Shown here piece by piece: positions 53,836-62,610 of a DNA stretch of 64,000 nt. The stretch spans positions 7,616,001 through 7,680,000 of the forward strand of contig OY759599.1 of the NCBI GenBank assembly GCA_963662465.1. Reading direction: 5' to 3'. Numbering within the stretch: position 1 is the stretch's first letter; each line of letters starts with the position of its first letter. The DNA comes from Desulfatiglandales bacterium. GTDB lineage: Bacteria > Desulfobacterota > DSM-4660 > Desulfatiglandales > Desulfatiglandaceae. Both the position numbers and the translations under genes were made by a program. The notes under the pieces are model-generated. The model was given only the letters and a program-made list of their open reading frames with translations, was not told the origin of the DNA and ran no database searches.

Positions 53836-54605
53836 GTGCGGAAGCAGCATATGAGAAAATTTTTGGTTTTCCCGAATCCCTGAAGGACAATCCGACCCAT
53901 TACTGTCCCGGTTGCGGCCATTCCATTGCCCACCGTCTGGTGGCGGAATGTCTGGACGAAATGAATCTTCGGGAAATGACCATTGGGGTTCCCCCGGTGG
54001 GTTGCGCCGTTTTGGCTTACAACTACTTTAACTTCGATATGGTGGAAGCGCCCCACGGCCGCGCGCTGGCGGTGGCCACGGGCATCAAGCGGGTTCATCC
54101 GGATAAATTAGTGCTGACCTATCAGGGCGATGGAGACCTGGCGGCCATCGGTACCGCCGAGACCATCCATGCGGCTAACCGGGGTGAACGGATCTCCACG
54201 ATTTTTATCAATAACGCCATTTACGGCATGACCGGCGGCCAGATGGCTCCCACCACCACACTGGGTCAGAACGCCACCACAACGCCCGGCGGCAGGGATC
54301 AGCGGCGCCACGGCAATCCCATCGACATTTCGCAAATGCTGGCCGTCAGTAACGGCGTTGTGTATGTGGAACGCTGTGCGTTGACGACGCTCAAGCAGAT
54401 CAGGCGAGCCAAGAAAGCCATCAAAAAGTCATTTCAGTGCCAACTGGATGATAAGGGGTTCTCTTTGGTTGAACTGCTCTCGCCATGCCCCACCAACTGG
54501 AAAATGTCTCCCAAGGATGCCTGGAAATGGGTAAACGAGGAAATGGTGAAAACCTACCCCTTGGGTGTGATCAAAGATATCACCGGCTATGAGGATAAAA
54601 AATGA
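53832..54605 (+). CDS. 2-oxoacid:ferredoxin oxidoreductase beta (TPP-binding) subunit
   Basis: YCPGCGH, GDGD...NN, YGMTGGQ, SPCP. Confidence 0.93.
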   Translation: MSAEAAYEKIFGFPESLKDNPTHYCPGCGHSIAHRLVAECLDEMNLREMTIGVPPVGCAVLAYNYFNFDMVEAPHGRALAVATGIKRVHPDKLVLTYQGDGDLAAIGTAETIHAANRGERISTIFINNAIYGMTGGQMAPTTTLGQNATTTPGGRDQRRHGNPIDISQMLAVSNGVVYVERCALTTLKQIRRAKKAIKKSFQCQLDDKGFSLVELLSPCPTNWKMSPKDAWKWVNEEMVKTYPLGVIKDITGYEDKK

Positions 54606-55144
54606 TTACCCGGACGACTTTTGCAGGTTTTGGCGGCCAGGGTGTTTTGCTCATGGGATATGTTCTGTCGCATGGCGCAATGCATAAGGGCCTCAATATC
54701 ACCTATTTCCCTTCTTACGGCGCTGAGATGCGCGGCGGCACCGCCAACTGTTCCGTGACCGTTTCAGACAAGAAAATCGCATCCCCGGTGGCATCCAACC
54801 CGGATGTGCTGGTTGCCATGAATGGCCCTTCCCTGGATAAATTTGAGGCGACCATTGCCAAGGGCGGTCTGATTTTCCTGAATGCTTCCCTGATTTCGGA
54901 AACACCGTCCCGCACGGACGTTGAATTTCTACAGGTGCCCACCGTGGAACTGGCTAATGAAGTGGGGAACGCCCGCGGCGGCAACATGGTCATGATCGGA
55001 GCGGTTTGCGCCAAAACGGGCCTTCTGTCTCTGGACGAGACCGTCAAGGGAATGCAGGCGGCCATGAAAGGGAAGACTAAATTTTTCGAAGCCAATCAAA
55101 AAGCCATTGAACGCGGATTTGCTTTCGCGAAAGACGGCAAATAA
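54602..55144 (+). CDS. 2-oxoacid:ferredoxin oxidoreductase gamma subunit
   Basis: AGFGGQGV, PSYGAEMRGG, NMVMIGA. Confidence 0.93.
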   Translation: MITRTTFAGFGGQGVLLMGYVLSHGAMHKGLNITYFPSYGAEMRGGTANCSVTVSDKKIASPVASNPDVLVAMNGPSLDKFEATIAKGGLIFLNASLISETPSRTDVEFLQVPTVELANEVGNARGGNMVMIGAVCAKTGLLSLDETVKGMQAAMKGKTKFFEANQKAIERGFAFAKDGK

Positions 55145-55410
55145 TAAGTTTTAGTTCGTTTTCTCAACCGTTCCCCTTCGCCTTTGTACAGGGTGAGACT
55201 GCTCTAAACGGCATATCAGGGAACGGCTGAGGGGACACGCTCCCCCCTCCTTTTTTCAGCAGCTCATACAGACAGCAGTTACCTCAGATTTTCAAATGAT
55301 TGCGGATAGCCCACAAGGCATTACTGGGGTAATCGCTTTTTTTCTCTTTATAAAAAAAATCATCCATTGGTCATTTTTTTTAAAACTTTTCTAATTGTGG
55401 CCGGATATGT

Positions 55411-55511
55411 CTAAAGCGGCAAGCCGCAGTTTTAGGTTTTAAGCTTTAAGTTTTTCTATCAATGAATTTCTTGTTTTTTGTGACAGAAAACCGGGGAATA
55501 AGGGCCCAAAA
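55411..55511. repeat. ~100-bp dispersed repeat (copy 2, inverted relative to 12319-12426)
   Basis: ctaaagcggcaagccgcagttttaggttttaagc...ttcttgttttttgtgacagaaaacc. Confidence 0.75.
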
Positions 55512-55716
55512 TCCGCCGCGAAGGCTACGTTGACGATGCAAGGTTTCTGAGAAACGATGGTGGAAATCTGGCTGCATTCCTGCGCCAACTGCGCAGTCGA
55601 GACTCCGGAAAACGATATTATGACCGTATCGTACGTCATATCCGGTTGGTTGTGCCCCAGTTCTCGGACTCCGATCTGGCGCCTTTACCGGAGAATGACA
55701 AGTATGTTCGGCTTAA

Positions 55717-55920
55717 TTGTGCGGAAATCCCGAATTGAACAATGATGGTGTGGCAACCGCCCCCTCCAAACGCATTATCGCCGAGTTAGCCGAATACGCG
55801 GGAAATAAAGCGACATCCGGTCCCCTGGTGGTTGGCAAGATCGGTATGCCGTTGTTATGCGAACGTTGCCGGCATTTCGCGCAATGGATTTCCGGGCTTG
55901 TGAGGCTTGGGAATTTGTAA
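55717..55920 (+). pseudogene. DUF4276-family C-terminal remnant
   Basis: NPELNND..TAPSKRI...K...G....IG...L..RC.HF..W pattern. Confidence 0.6.
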
Positions 55921-56057
55921 TTTATCATGAAAAGATCTTCCAGCAAAAATAGAAGGCGCCAGGGTGAAAAACCGGAGTGAAACGGAAATCTTTCACGTCC
56001 GGTTTTCTGACGGGTCGTATCTTTTATTGATTGTATTCTGCATTATGAATATTTTTG

Positions 56058-56212
56058 GGTTCATCGCGGATTAACGTGAAATCGCGCTTTGAGATTGTTT
56101 CGGTTCGGGCTGTAGGTGCGACTTCGGTCGCACAGGGTTGGCTTAATGTGCGACTGAAGTCGCACCTACAATCGGCTCAGAAGCCAAATCTCACGCGAAT
56201 CCACGATGAGCC
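56058..56212. mobile_element. 155-bp MITE-like element containing a GTAG REP doublet
   Basis: TIR family shared with 37948-38294; internal GTAGGTGCGACTTCGGTCGCAC (56112) / GTGCGACTGAAGTCGCACCTAC (56169). Confidence 0.8.
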
Positions 56213-57069
56213 AAAATATCGAAGGAAAAATCGGCAACCGCTGGTGGCTATGGCTCAGTCGATCTGCATCTGTAGTTTATTTCCAGATTGCACCGGGGCG
56301 TGGCGCTGACGTCCCCGTTGAGCATTTTAAAAACATAGTTCGCGAAAAGATTATCGTCGTTTGCGATCGGTACAGCGCCTATAAATCACTATCAAAACAG
56401 CTGCCTTTTATCGTACTGGCCTTTTGTTGGGCGCATGTCCGTCGCGATTTTCTGGATGCCGGCAAAAAGTATCCTGAGTTGGAGGAGTGGGTGTTTTCCT
56501 GGGTTGGAAAAATTGGAGAGATTTACCATATTAACAACTTGCGGTGTAAGGAATTCGACCCAAAATTACCCGTTCAATGGCAGGCGCCATCGTTCAAAAC
56601 GCAACATGAGAAGCTAGTTGAAAAAATGGATGCCATGGCTGAAGAACGGGATGTGTTTATAAAAACACACAATCCTGATGATCCTGATTCAAACCTGCTG
56701 TCCAAAGTGAAATGTAAAATTCTGATCAGTTTGCAAACCCACTGGAAAGGGTTAAACGTTTTTGTGGATCACCCTGAAGTGCCAATGGACAACAATAATG
56801 GAGAACGACCCATTCGCAATCCTGTGACAGGTCGCAAAAATTTCTACGGGTCAGGAAGTTTGTGGAGTTCTCAGCTTGCAGCGATCATGTTTTCAATTTT
56901 TCAAACCATTGCGTTATGCGGTCTCAACTGCAATCACTGGTTGAGATCATACCTGACGGCTTGTGCGGAAAATCATGGTAAAGCGCCTGAAAATTTATCC
57001 TCCTTTCTGCCTTGGGAAATGGATGAAGGCCGTCGGCATCAGCTATCCAAGCCTCCGGATACATCATGA
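56213..57069 (+). pseudogene. IS66-family transposase TnpC, 5'-truncated
   Basis: CDRYSAY, CWAHVRRDF, DNNNGERPIR..V.GRKN. Confidence 0.88.
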
Positions 57070-57578
57070 CCCGCTACTGTGGTCGGGAGTTTACATTCCA
57101 GGAATTCAAACAGATTCGATCCCTGATAAACCAAAATCCCAAGTTCAACCGGATGCGGCTTTCCAAAGAAGTGTGCCGCATACTTCAATGGCTACAACCC
57201 GACGGTGATCTGAAGGATATGTCATGCCGCGTTGCCATGTTGCGCATGCACCGGGATGGACTAATTGAACTGCCCCCACCCATCCTTATTTTGCCATGGA
57301 TTAAGTCAAAAAATCTCGCATCGAAAATACTCTCATTAATTTCAAAGCAACTTCCGGATGACTGGGAAGAAAAGTATCATGTCAGGCCGGTTTTGCTGGA
57401 ATCCTTTGTAGAAAAAAAACGATTTGCCGGAACTTGTTATAAGGCTGCCAACTGGATAAATGTTGGGCAAACCAAGGGGCGTGGAAAACTGGGACCTGCA
57501 GGGAAAATAAGTGTTCCCATTAAAGACATCTGGGTATATCCTTTGGCAGAGAATTTTAGAGCGTTGTTGAAAAATTGA
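57066..57578 (+). pseudogene. DUF4338 (DruA-like) protein with probable internal deletion
   Basis: YCGREF...LIELPPP directly joined to ILILPW..SKNLAS...LLESFV...GTCYKAANW; ATGA overlap with tnpC; IS66-like end ccgaatatttac at 57595-57606. Confidence 0.75.
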
Positions 57579-57607
57579 CTGATGGACGACTAAACCGAAT
57601 ATTTACC

Positions 57608-57691
57608 ATGGGAAGTACCTCAAGGCGGGTCCTCAGAAGATGCAAAACGCCTGTCCTGGTGGTACGACTGCCGGAAGAGGCAGCAGACTGA
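57608..57691 (+). pseudogene. Universal stress protein C-terminal remnant
   Basis: Manual translation MGSTSRRVLRRCKTPVLVVRLPEEAAD* immediately after the IS66 end. Confidence 0.65.
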
Positions 57692-57945
57692 TAAAGCCGG
57701 GCAAACACACTTATTAGGCGGCAGACACACAGGTCTGTCCCTACCCCCATCTGAACTTTCACCGTCCCCGTTTTCCGCTTACGAATCATTTTTTCGGTTC
57801 TTCCCCCTCTTATTCATTGGCACCCAAGCTCGCAATAGTACCAAACCATGTCAAGTGGAACAATATGGAAAAAAGGCTTTACACTTGCCCAATATACCAC
57901 TTTTTGTTATGGTGAATACAAAAATACTGAGGGAAGAATATTAGG

Positions 57946-59211
57946 ATGGCTGATCAAACTGTAAAACTCCTGTATGGCAAAAAAACCACAAACCTGAAAA
58001 TGCCCTCGTTGGTTCCGTCCCTGGAGATGAAGCCCCTTGACCCGCTCCCAAATCCAGAGCAGGCCATATCCGCCGCTCTTGACGGCCCCATCAAAAGTAA
58101 ACCCCTTAAAGAGCTGATTCACGGCAAAGAAACCGCATGTGTGGTAATTTCCGATTTCACGCGCCCCGTTCCCAATAAAGTTATTTTACCCTCTCTGCTT
58201 CAAACCCTGGAGCAACACGGCCTCGACCGGCAAAACATCACCATCCTCATCGCCACGGGCATGCACCGCCCCAACCTGGGAAAAGAGCTGGAAAACCTGG
58301 TGGGCCACGACATTGTGAAACACTACCCCATTGAAAACCATTATTGTCAAAAACCCGAAACCTACCGAAAAATTGATGAGATCGAAGGCGCGCCCATCGA
58401 GATCAACACCACCTACCTGGATGCGGATTTAAAAATTCTCACAGGCCTCATCGAACCTCACTTTTATGCCGGCTACTCCGGAGGACGTAAAGCCATACTT
58501 CCGGGCATTTCCAGTTTCGAGACCATGAAATTTATGCACTCCTACGAAATGATCAACCATCCAGGCGTGACCAACTGCCTCCTTGAGGACAATCCTTTTC
58601 ACGAATACGGCATTCGCGTGGCGGAACTGGCCCGACCGGATTTCATTTTGAATGTGGTCATCAATAAAAACAGGGAGATTGCCGGCGTATTTGCGGGAGA
58701 TTACAACCATGCCCACCTGGCAGGATGCAAAATGGTCGAGGAACACGCCGTGGTCCCGGTGGAACAAAGAGCCGACATGGTTGTCACCTCCGGCGGCGGC
58801 TTTCCCCTGGATGCCACCTTTTACCAGATTAGTAAAGCCCTCATCTGCGCCCGGGGCATTCTAAAGCCCGGGGGAACCATTGTGGTGGCCTGCGAGTGCC
58901 GGGAGGGCCTGGGAAGTCCCGAGTTCCGAAATATCATGCAATCCACCTGCGACTTTCAGGCCTTTTCAAAAAATTACAGCCATCCAAAAGATTTTGTCAT
59001 TGACCAATGGTGCGCACAAAACATCTTTCAGGCGACAGACCATGCGGGAAAGATCTATGTTTATTCTTCCGGACTTTCCCATCAGGATGTTGGCAAAATA
59101 GGCGCACTAAAAATCGAAAATCTCCAACAGACGGTTGATGAATTATTAGGAACCCATCCCGAAACAGTGGTGGTCCCCGAGGGACCCTATGTGGTGGGAA
59201 GGATCGGGTAA
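57946..59211 (+). CDS. larA: Nickel-pincer-dependent lactate racemase (LarA) family protein
   Basis: SDFTRPVP, ATGMHR, PHFYAGYSGGRKAILPG, GGFPLDATFYQ. Confidence 0.9.
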   Translation: MADQTVKLLYGKKTTNLKMPSLVPSLEMKPLDPLPNPEQAISAALDGPIKSKPLKELIHGKETACVVISDFTRPVPNKVILPSLLQTLEQHGLDRQNITILIATGMHRPNLGKELENLVGHDIVKHYPIENHYCQKPETYRKIDEIEGAPIEINTTYLDADLKILTGLIEPHFYAGYSGGRKAILPGISSFETMKFMHSYEMINHPGVTNCLLEDNPFHEYGIRVAELARPDFILNVVINKNREIAGVFAGDYNHAHLAGCKMVEEHAVVPVEQRADMVVTSGGGFPLDATFYQISKALICARGILKPGGTIVVACECREGLGSPEFRNIMQSTCDFQAFSKNYSHPKDFVIDQWCAQNIFQATDHAGKIYVYSSGLSHQDVGKIGALKIENLQQTVDELLGTHPETVVVPEGPYVVGRIG

Positions 59212-59283
59212 AGGTTCATAGCAAAAGGATTTCTCAACTCGAAATGGCCTTTTTCACTTCTCCCATAAAAAAAGCTGCGGAGG

Positions 59284-60504
59284 ATGGTAATGAAACATAT
59301 CCATATCCTTAAAAATCCGGTTCAGAAATATGCATGGGGCTCCGGAACCGTGCTGCAATCCCTTTTAGGCCTACCAAAACCCTGGGAAACGCCAATCGCT
59401 GAACTGTGGATGGGCGCTCATCCCAAAGCCCCCTCCATGGTCGAAGTGGATGGTCGGTGGCGATCGCTTATTGACGTCATCGCGGCGGATCCCGAATCGG
59501 TTCTTGGAAAATATGCGGCCGATCGATTTTCAAAAAAACTTCCCTTTCTGTTTAAGGTCCTTGCCGCTGGTCGTCCCCTGTCCATTCAGGTTCATCCTGA
59601 TATGATGCAGGCGCGGGAAGGATTTGAACGGGAAAACCGGCTTAATATCCCTTTGGATGCCCCCAACAGGAATTACAAGGATGCTTCCCATAAACCCGAG
59701 AACCTGTGCGCAGTAACACCTTTTGAGGCCATGAAGGGTTTTCGTGCGCCGGACGACATCTTGAATCTGATGAATCGGCTTTTCCTTTCTTCCCCTCCGC
59801 CGGAACTGGATCTATTGCGAAAAGAACCGAACGCTGCCGGGATGAAGCGGTTTTTTTCAGCCCTCATGTCCATGGATGCCGTGCGATTGCCCCAAGTGGT
59901 GAACGAAGCGCTTAAGGGCGCGGAGAGAATTGAAGGCAATGATCGCGCCTATTACTGGCTGCTGGAATTGAACCGCGAATACCCTGGGGACGTGGGTATA
60001 TTATCGCCGCTTTTTCTGAATCTGGTAGTCCTTTCACCGGGTGAAGCTATCTATGTGCCGGCAGGCGAGCCCCATGCCTACCTTTCAGGTGTTGGAATGG
60101 AAATCATGGCCAGTTCCGATAATGTCCTAAGGGGCGGTCTGACCCCTAAATATGTGGATATGCCGGAGCTTCTTAAAATCATCAATTTTAACACCTTTCC
60201 CGTTCAAAAACAGCGACCTCTTCCCAATGACAATTTCGAACGGATTTATAAAACTCCCGCGGATGAATTTCAGCTGTCGGAGATCCATCTAAAAGGTGAA
60301 GGGACCTTCAGAAGCCCAACAAAAAGGAGTGTTGAGATTCTGATTTGCATGGAGGGCAATGGCATGATTGAGGATTTAGAAAGGGACCGGATTCTGCCCT
60401 TATCAAAAGGTGCGTCGGTCATTGTTCCTTCAGATGTCCTACAATATTCTATTTCGGGTAATATCACCCTTTACAAAGGGGCGTTATCGATTGACCCCAC
60501 CTGA
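59284..60504 (+). CDS. manA: Mannose-6-phosphate isomerase, class I
   Basis: YAWGS, AELWMGAHP, LPFLFKVL..LSIQVHP, HKPE, HAYLSG, SDNVLRGGLTPK. Confidence 0.95.
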   Translation: MVMKHIHILKNPVQKYAWGSGTVLQSLLGLPKPWETPIAELWMGAHPKAPSMVEVDGRWRSLIDVIAADPESVLGKYAADRFSKKLPFLFKVLAAGRPLSIQVHPDMMQAREGFERENRLNIPLDAPNRNYKDASHKPENLCAVTPFEAMKGFRAPDDILNLMNRLFLSSPPPELDLLRKEPNAAGMKRFFSALMSMDAVRLPQVVNEALKGAERIEGNDRAYYWLLELNREYPGDVGILSPLFLNLVVLSPGEAIYVPAGEPHAYLSGVGMEIMASSDNVLRGGLTPKYVDMPELLKIINFNTFPVQKQRPLPNDNFERIYKTPADEFQLSEIHLKGEGTFRSPTKRSVEILICMEGNGMIEDLERDRILPLSKGASVIVPSDVLQYSISGNITLYKGALSIDPT

Positions 60505-60580
60505 TTTATTACACTGCGCTTCACACCGACAGGTGCGCAGCGCTATTATCTTTCAATCTTAACGCTCTTCCATAAGAATC

Positions 60581-60755
60581 GAGGGGTTTGCGCTGTGCTT
60601 AAGTCTCTGGTATCCTGGAGGGATTTGGCAGTGTCAAAAAAACATTACCCCAAAAAAAAGATGGGTGGGCATCCTGAAATCAAGCACTTAGCTAGATCGA
60701 GTCGGAATTTTCCATTTTTTCACCCCAAGCGAAAGAACTTGTCGGAATACCTTGA
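60581..60755 (+). mobile_element. Left end (175 bp) of a second copy of the IS at 15812
   Basis: Appears identical to 15812-15986, then diverges after ...ggaataccttga. Confidence 0.92.
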
Positions 60756-60838
60756 AAGCATAGGAATTTCCATTTTTGATTTGGCATATCAAATAGTTGT
60801 TGCAGTGATGGCATTAAATGTGTCAAAAAAAGCACATT

Positions 60839-62152
60839 ATGCATATGCCATCAAACCAAAAAATTGATAAGGAGACTTTCCGGACGATTTTTATTGATCA
60901 TTGGGAATTATTCAAAGAGCATCATCCAGGGTATGATAATTCGCAATATGAAGATCCGGTTCAGAAAATGCTTGGTTGCGGCAAGGAAAGCGCCGGATAT
61001 AGCGAGCACCGGTGTGTTTATTGCGGTGGTGATGTTCGCCGGATAGGTTTTAGTTGCAAGAGCTGTTTTTGTTTATCCTGCGCCAAGAAATATGTTGACG
61101 ATTTTGTCAGTCAAGTGAGTAGGGTGCTTCATGGGGGCATGAATTACCGTCACATTGTTTTGACAATTCCCGAGCAACTGAGAATCGTTTTTTATAAGGC
61201 TCGAAATGATGGACGTTTGTTATCGGCTTTTATGAGATGCGGGTACGAATGTTTGGAGGATGTTGTCGGAACGGTTCTTCGGCGGAAACTGAAAATAGGA
61301 ACGATCGTCGTTGTTCAAACGCATGGTCGATCCGGTCATTATAATCCGCATTTGCATATCATCATGACAAGCGGTGGGATAAATGAAGATCTGTGCGGTT
61401 GGTTTGATTTAAGGTTCTTCAAGTATGAGATTATACATAAGAAATGGCAGTATCATCTATTCAGAATGCTCAAGTCCCATTTTAACAGCAGTGCGGTCGA
61501 TAAACTTATTGATGAGCTGTGGAAAAAATACCCTAAAGGTTTGGTAGCCAATGTGAGCAAGGGTAATGTTCCTGAGACATGTGGGGGTCTGGCGCGATAT
61601 TTGGCGAAATATGTTGCATCTCCTCCGATAGCTCTGAGACGGATAATCAGTTATGATGGCCAATATGTTACCTATTGGTACAATGATCACATGACAAAAT
61701 CCAGGAAGGTTGAAACCGTGGAAGTGGATGTTTTTATCGGTCGAATGGTTCAACACATAATGCCCAAAGGGTTCCAGCGGGTTCGTTATTATGGGCTACA
61801 GGCTACGAAAACTTTTAAGAAATGGTCGGAAGTAATACGGAAAGGGATGAAGGCTTTGGGGCGTGGGATTAAAGGAACGTATCAAGTCGTAAAAGCGAAA
61901 AGATATCGAGAACGTTATAAGGAGATCAGCTCTCAAGATCCTTTTTTGTGTCGTTATTGTGGCCATGAAATGGTGCTATGGAAGATATGGCATCCAAAAT
62001 ATGGAGTTTTATATGACGAATATGAAAACATCAAAAACGACAGGTACGGCACGGTTACAGGACAAAATGACAGCGGGGGTGGAAGGCGAGGACTTCCCGT
62101 TCGGCCCTCCTCCGGAGGAATATCCTTACCGTTGTTCCCATTGCCGGCATGA
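60839..62152 (+). CDS. IS91-family Y2 (HUH) transposase
   Basis: Zn-binding CVYCG..SCKSCFCLSC, HIVLTIP, HYNPHLHII, YLAKY, PKGFQRVRYYG. Confidence 0.93.
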   Translation: MHMPSNQKIDKETFRTIFIDHWELFKEHHPGYDNSQYEDPVQKMLGCGKESAGYSEHRCVYCGGDVRRIGFSCKSCFCLSCAKKYVDDFVSQVSRVLHGGMNYRHIVLTIPEQLRIVFYKARNDGRLLSAFMRCGYECLEDVVGTVLRRKLKIGTIVVVQTHGRSGHYNPHLHIIMTSGGINEDLCGWFDLRFFKYEIIHKKWQYHLFRMLKSHFNSSAVDKLIDELWKKYPKGLVANVSKGNVPETCGGLARYLAKYVASPPIALRRIISYDGQYVTYWYNDHMTKSRKVETVEVDVFIGRMVQHIMPKGFQRVRYYGLQATKTFKKWSEVIRKGMKALGRGIKGTYQVVKAKRYRERYKEISSQDPFLCRYCGHEMVLWKIWHPKYGVLYDEYENIKNDRYGTVTGQNDSGGGRRGLPVRPSSGGISLPLFPLPA

Positions 62153-62303
62153 AATGAAGGTAAATGAAGCGATAATAGACGTCGAGATTGCAAAAGCAGA
62201 ATATGAAGGAAGGAATGTGGAAGGCTTTATGCCCATTCTCGGTTGCCCTCAGTGCAATCGAGAAACAATGAAATATGCGCAAGGTAGAAAGCCCGCGCGT
62301 TAG
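62067..62303 (+). CDS. Small zinc-finger protein overlapping the transposase 3' end
   Basis: YRCSHC...GCPQC; start uncertain. Confidence 0.5.
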   Translation: MTAGVEGEDFPFGPPPEEYPYRCSHCRHEMKVNEAIIDVEIAKAEYEGRNVEGFMPILGCPQCNRETMKYAQGRKPAR

Positions 62304-62309
62304 CGCGCT

Positions 62310-62447
62310 AAGTTCAAAGTTCAAGGCGAATTATATCTTCTTTCATACAGATTCATAAATGATGACCTTGAATTGATCATGCTTGGTCCTCACGAAAACT
62401 ATTACCGAGATCTAAAGTCATATCTCAAAAAGAGATTAAGCGGTTAA
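62310..62447 (+). pseudogene. ParE/RelE-like toxin C-terminal remnant
   Basis: Manual translation KFKVQGELYLLSYRFINDDLELIMLGPHENYYRDLKSYLKKRLSG*. Confidence 0.7.
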
Positions 62448-62512
62448 CCAGTCGCTGCAGCCGACGGCAAACCGCTGCGCGGTTATGCCGCCGGTGAGCT
62501 CGGTCGTTACCC
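62442..62512 (+). other. attC-like integron cassette recombination site
   Basis: GGTTAAC-cagtc-GCTGCAGC...GGTGAGC-tcggtc-GTTACCC imperfect palindrome; the upstream ORF stop lies in the R'' core. Confidence 0.72.
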
Positions 62513-62610
62513 CCAGGGTTTGATAACTTGAAACATGGTTGTTGATAGGCCTCTATCAATCTGACAAGCGTATAACGTTGCAAAACCAGAATCGCCAATT
62601 GGAGAAATGA

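Larger units (their letters stand above)
60751..62311 (+). mobile_element. IS91-family rolling-circle element (approximate ends)
   Basis: Starts at CTTG; ends after hairpin gcgcgttagcgcgc just before GTTC (62312); Y2 transposase inside. Confidence 0.7.

Noticed and set aside
55165..55330. Structured segment after the gamma subunit (ccgttcccc...gggaacgg) as an ncRNA
   Set aside because: Pairing is visible but matches no RNA family I can recognise
57066..57578. Druantia defence system
   Set aside because: Only a deleted DUF4338 gene inside an IS66 relic; no DruE helicase or other dru genes
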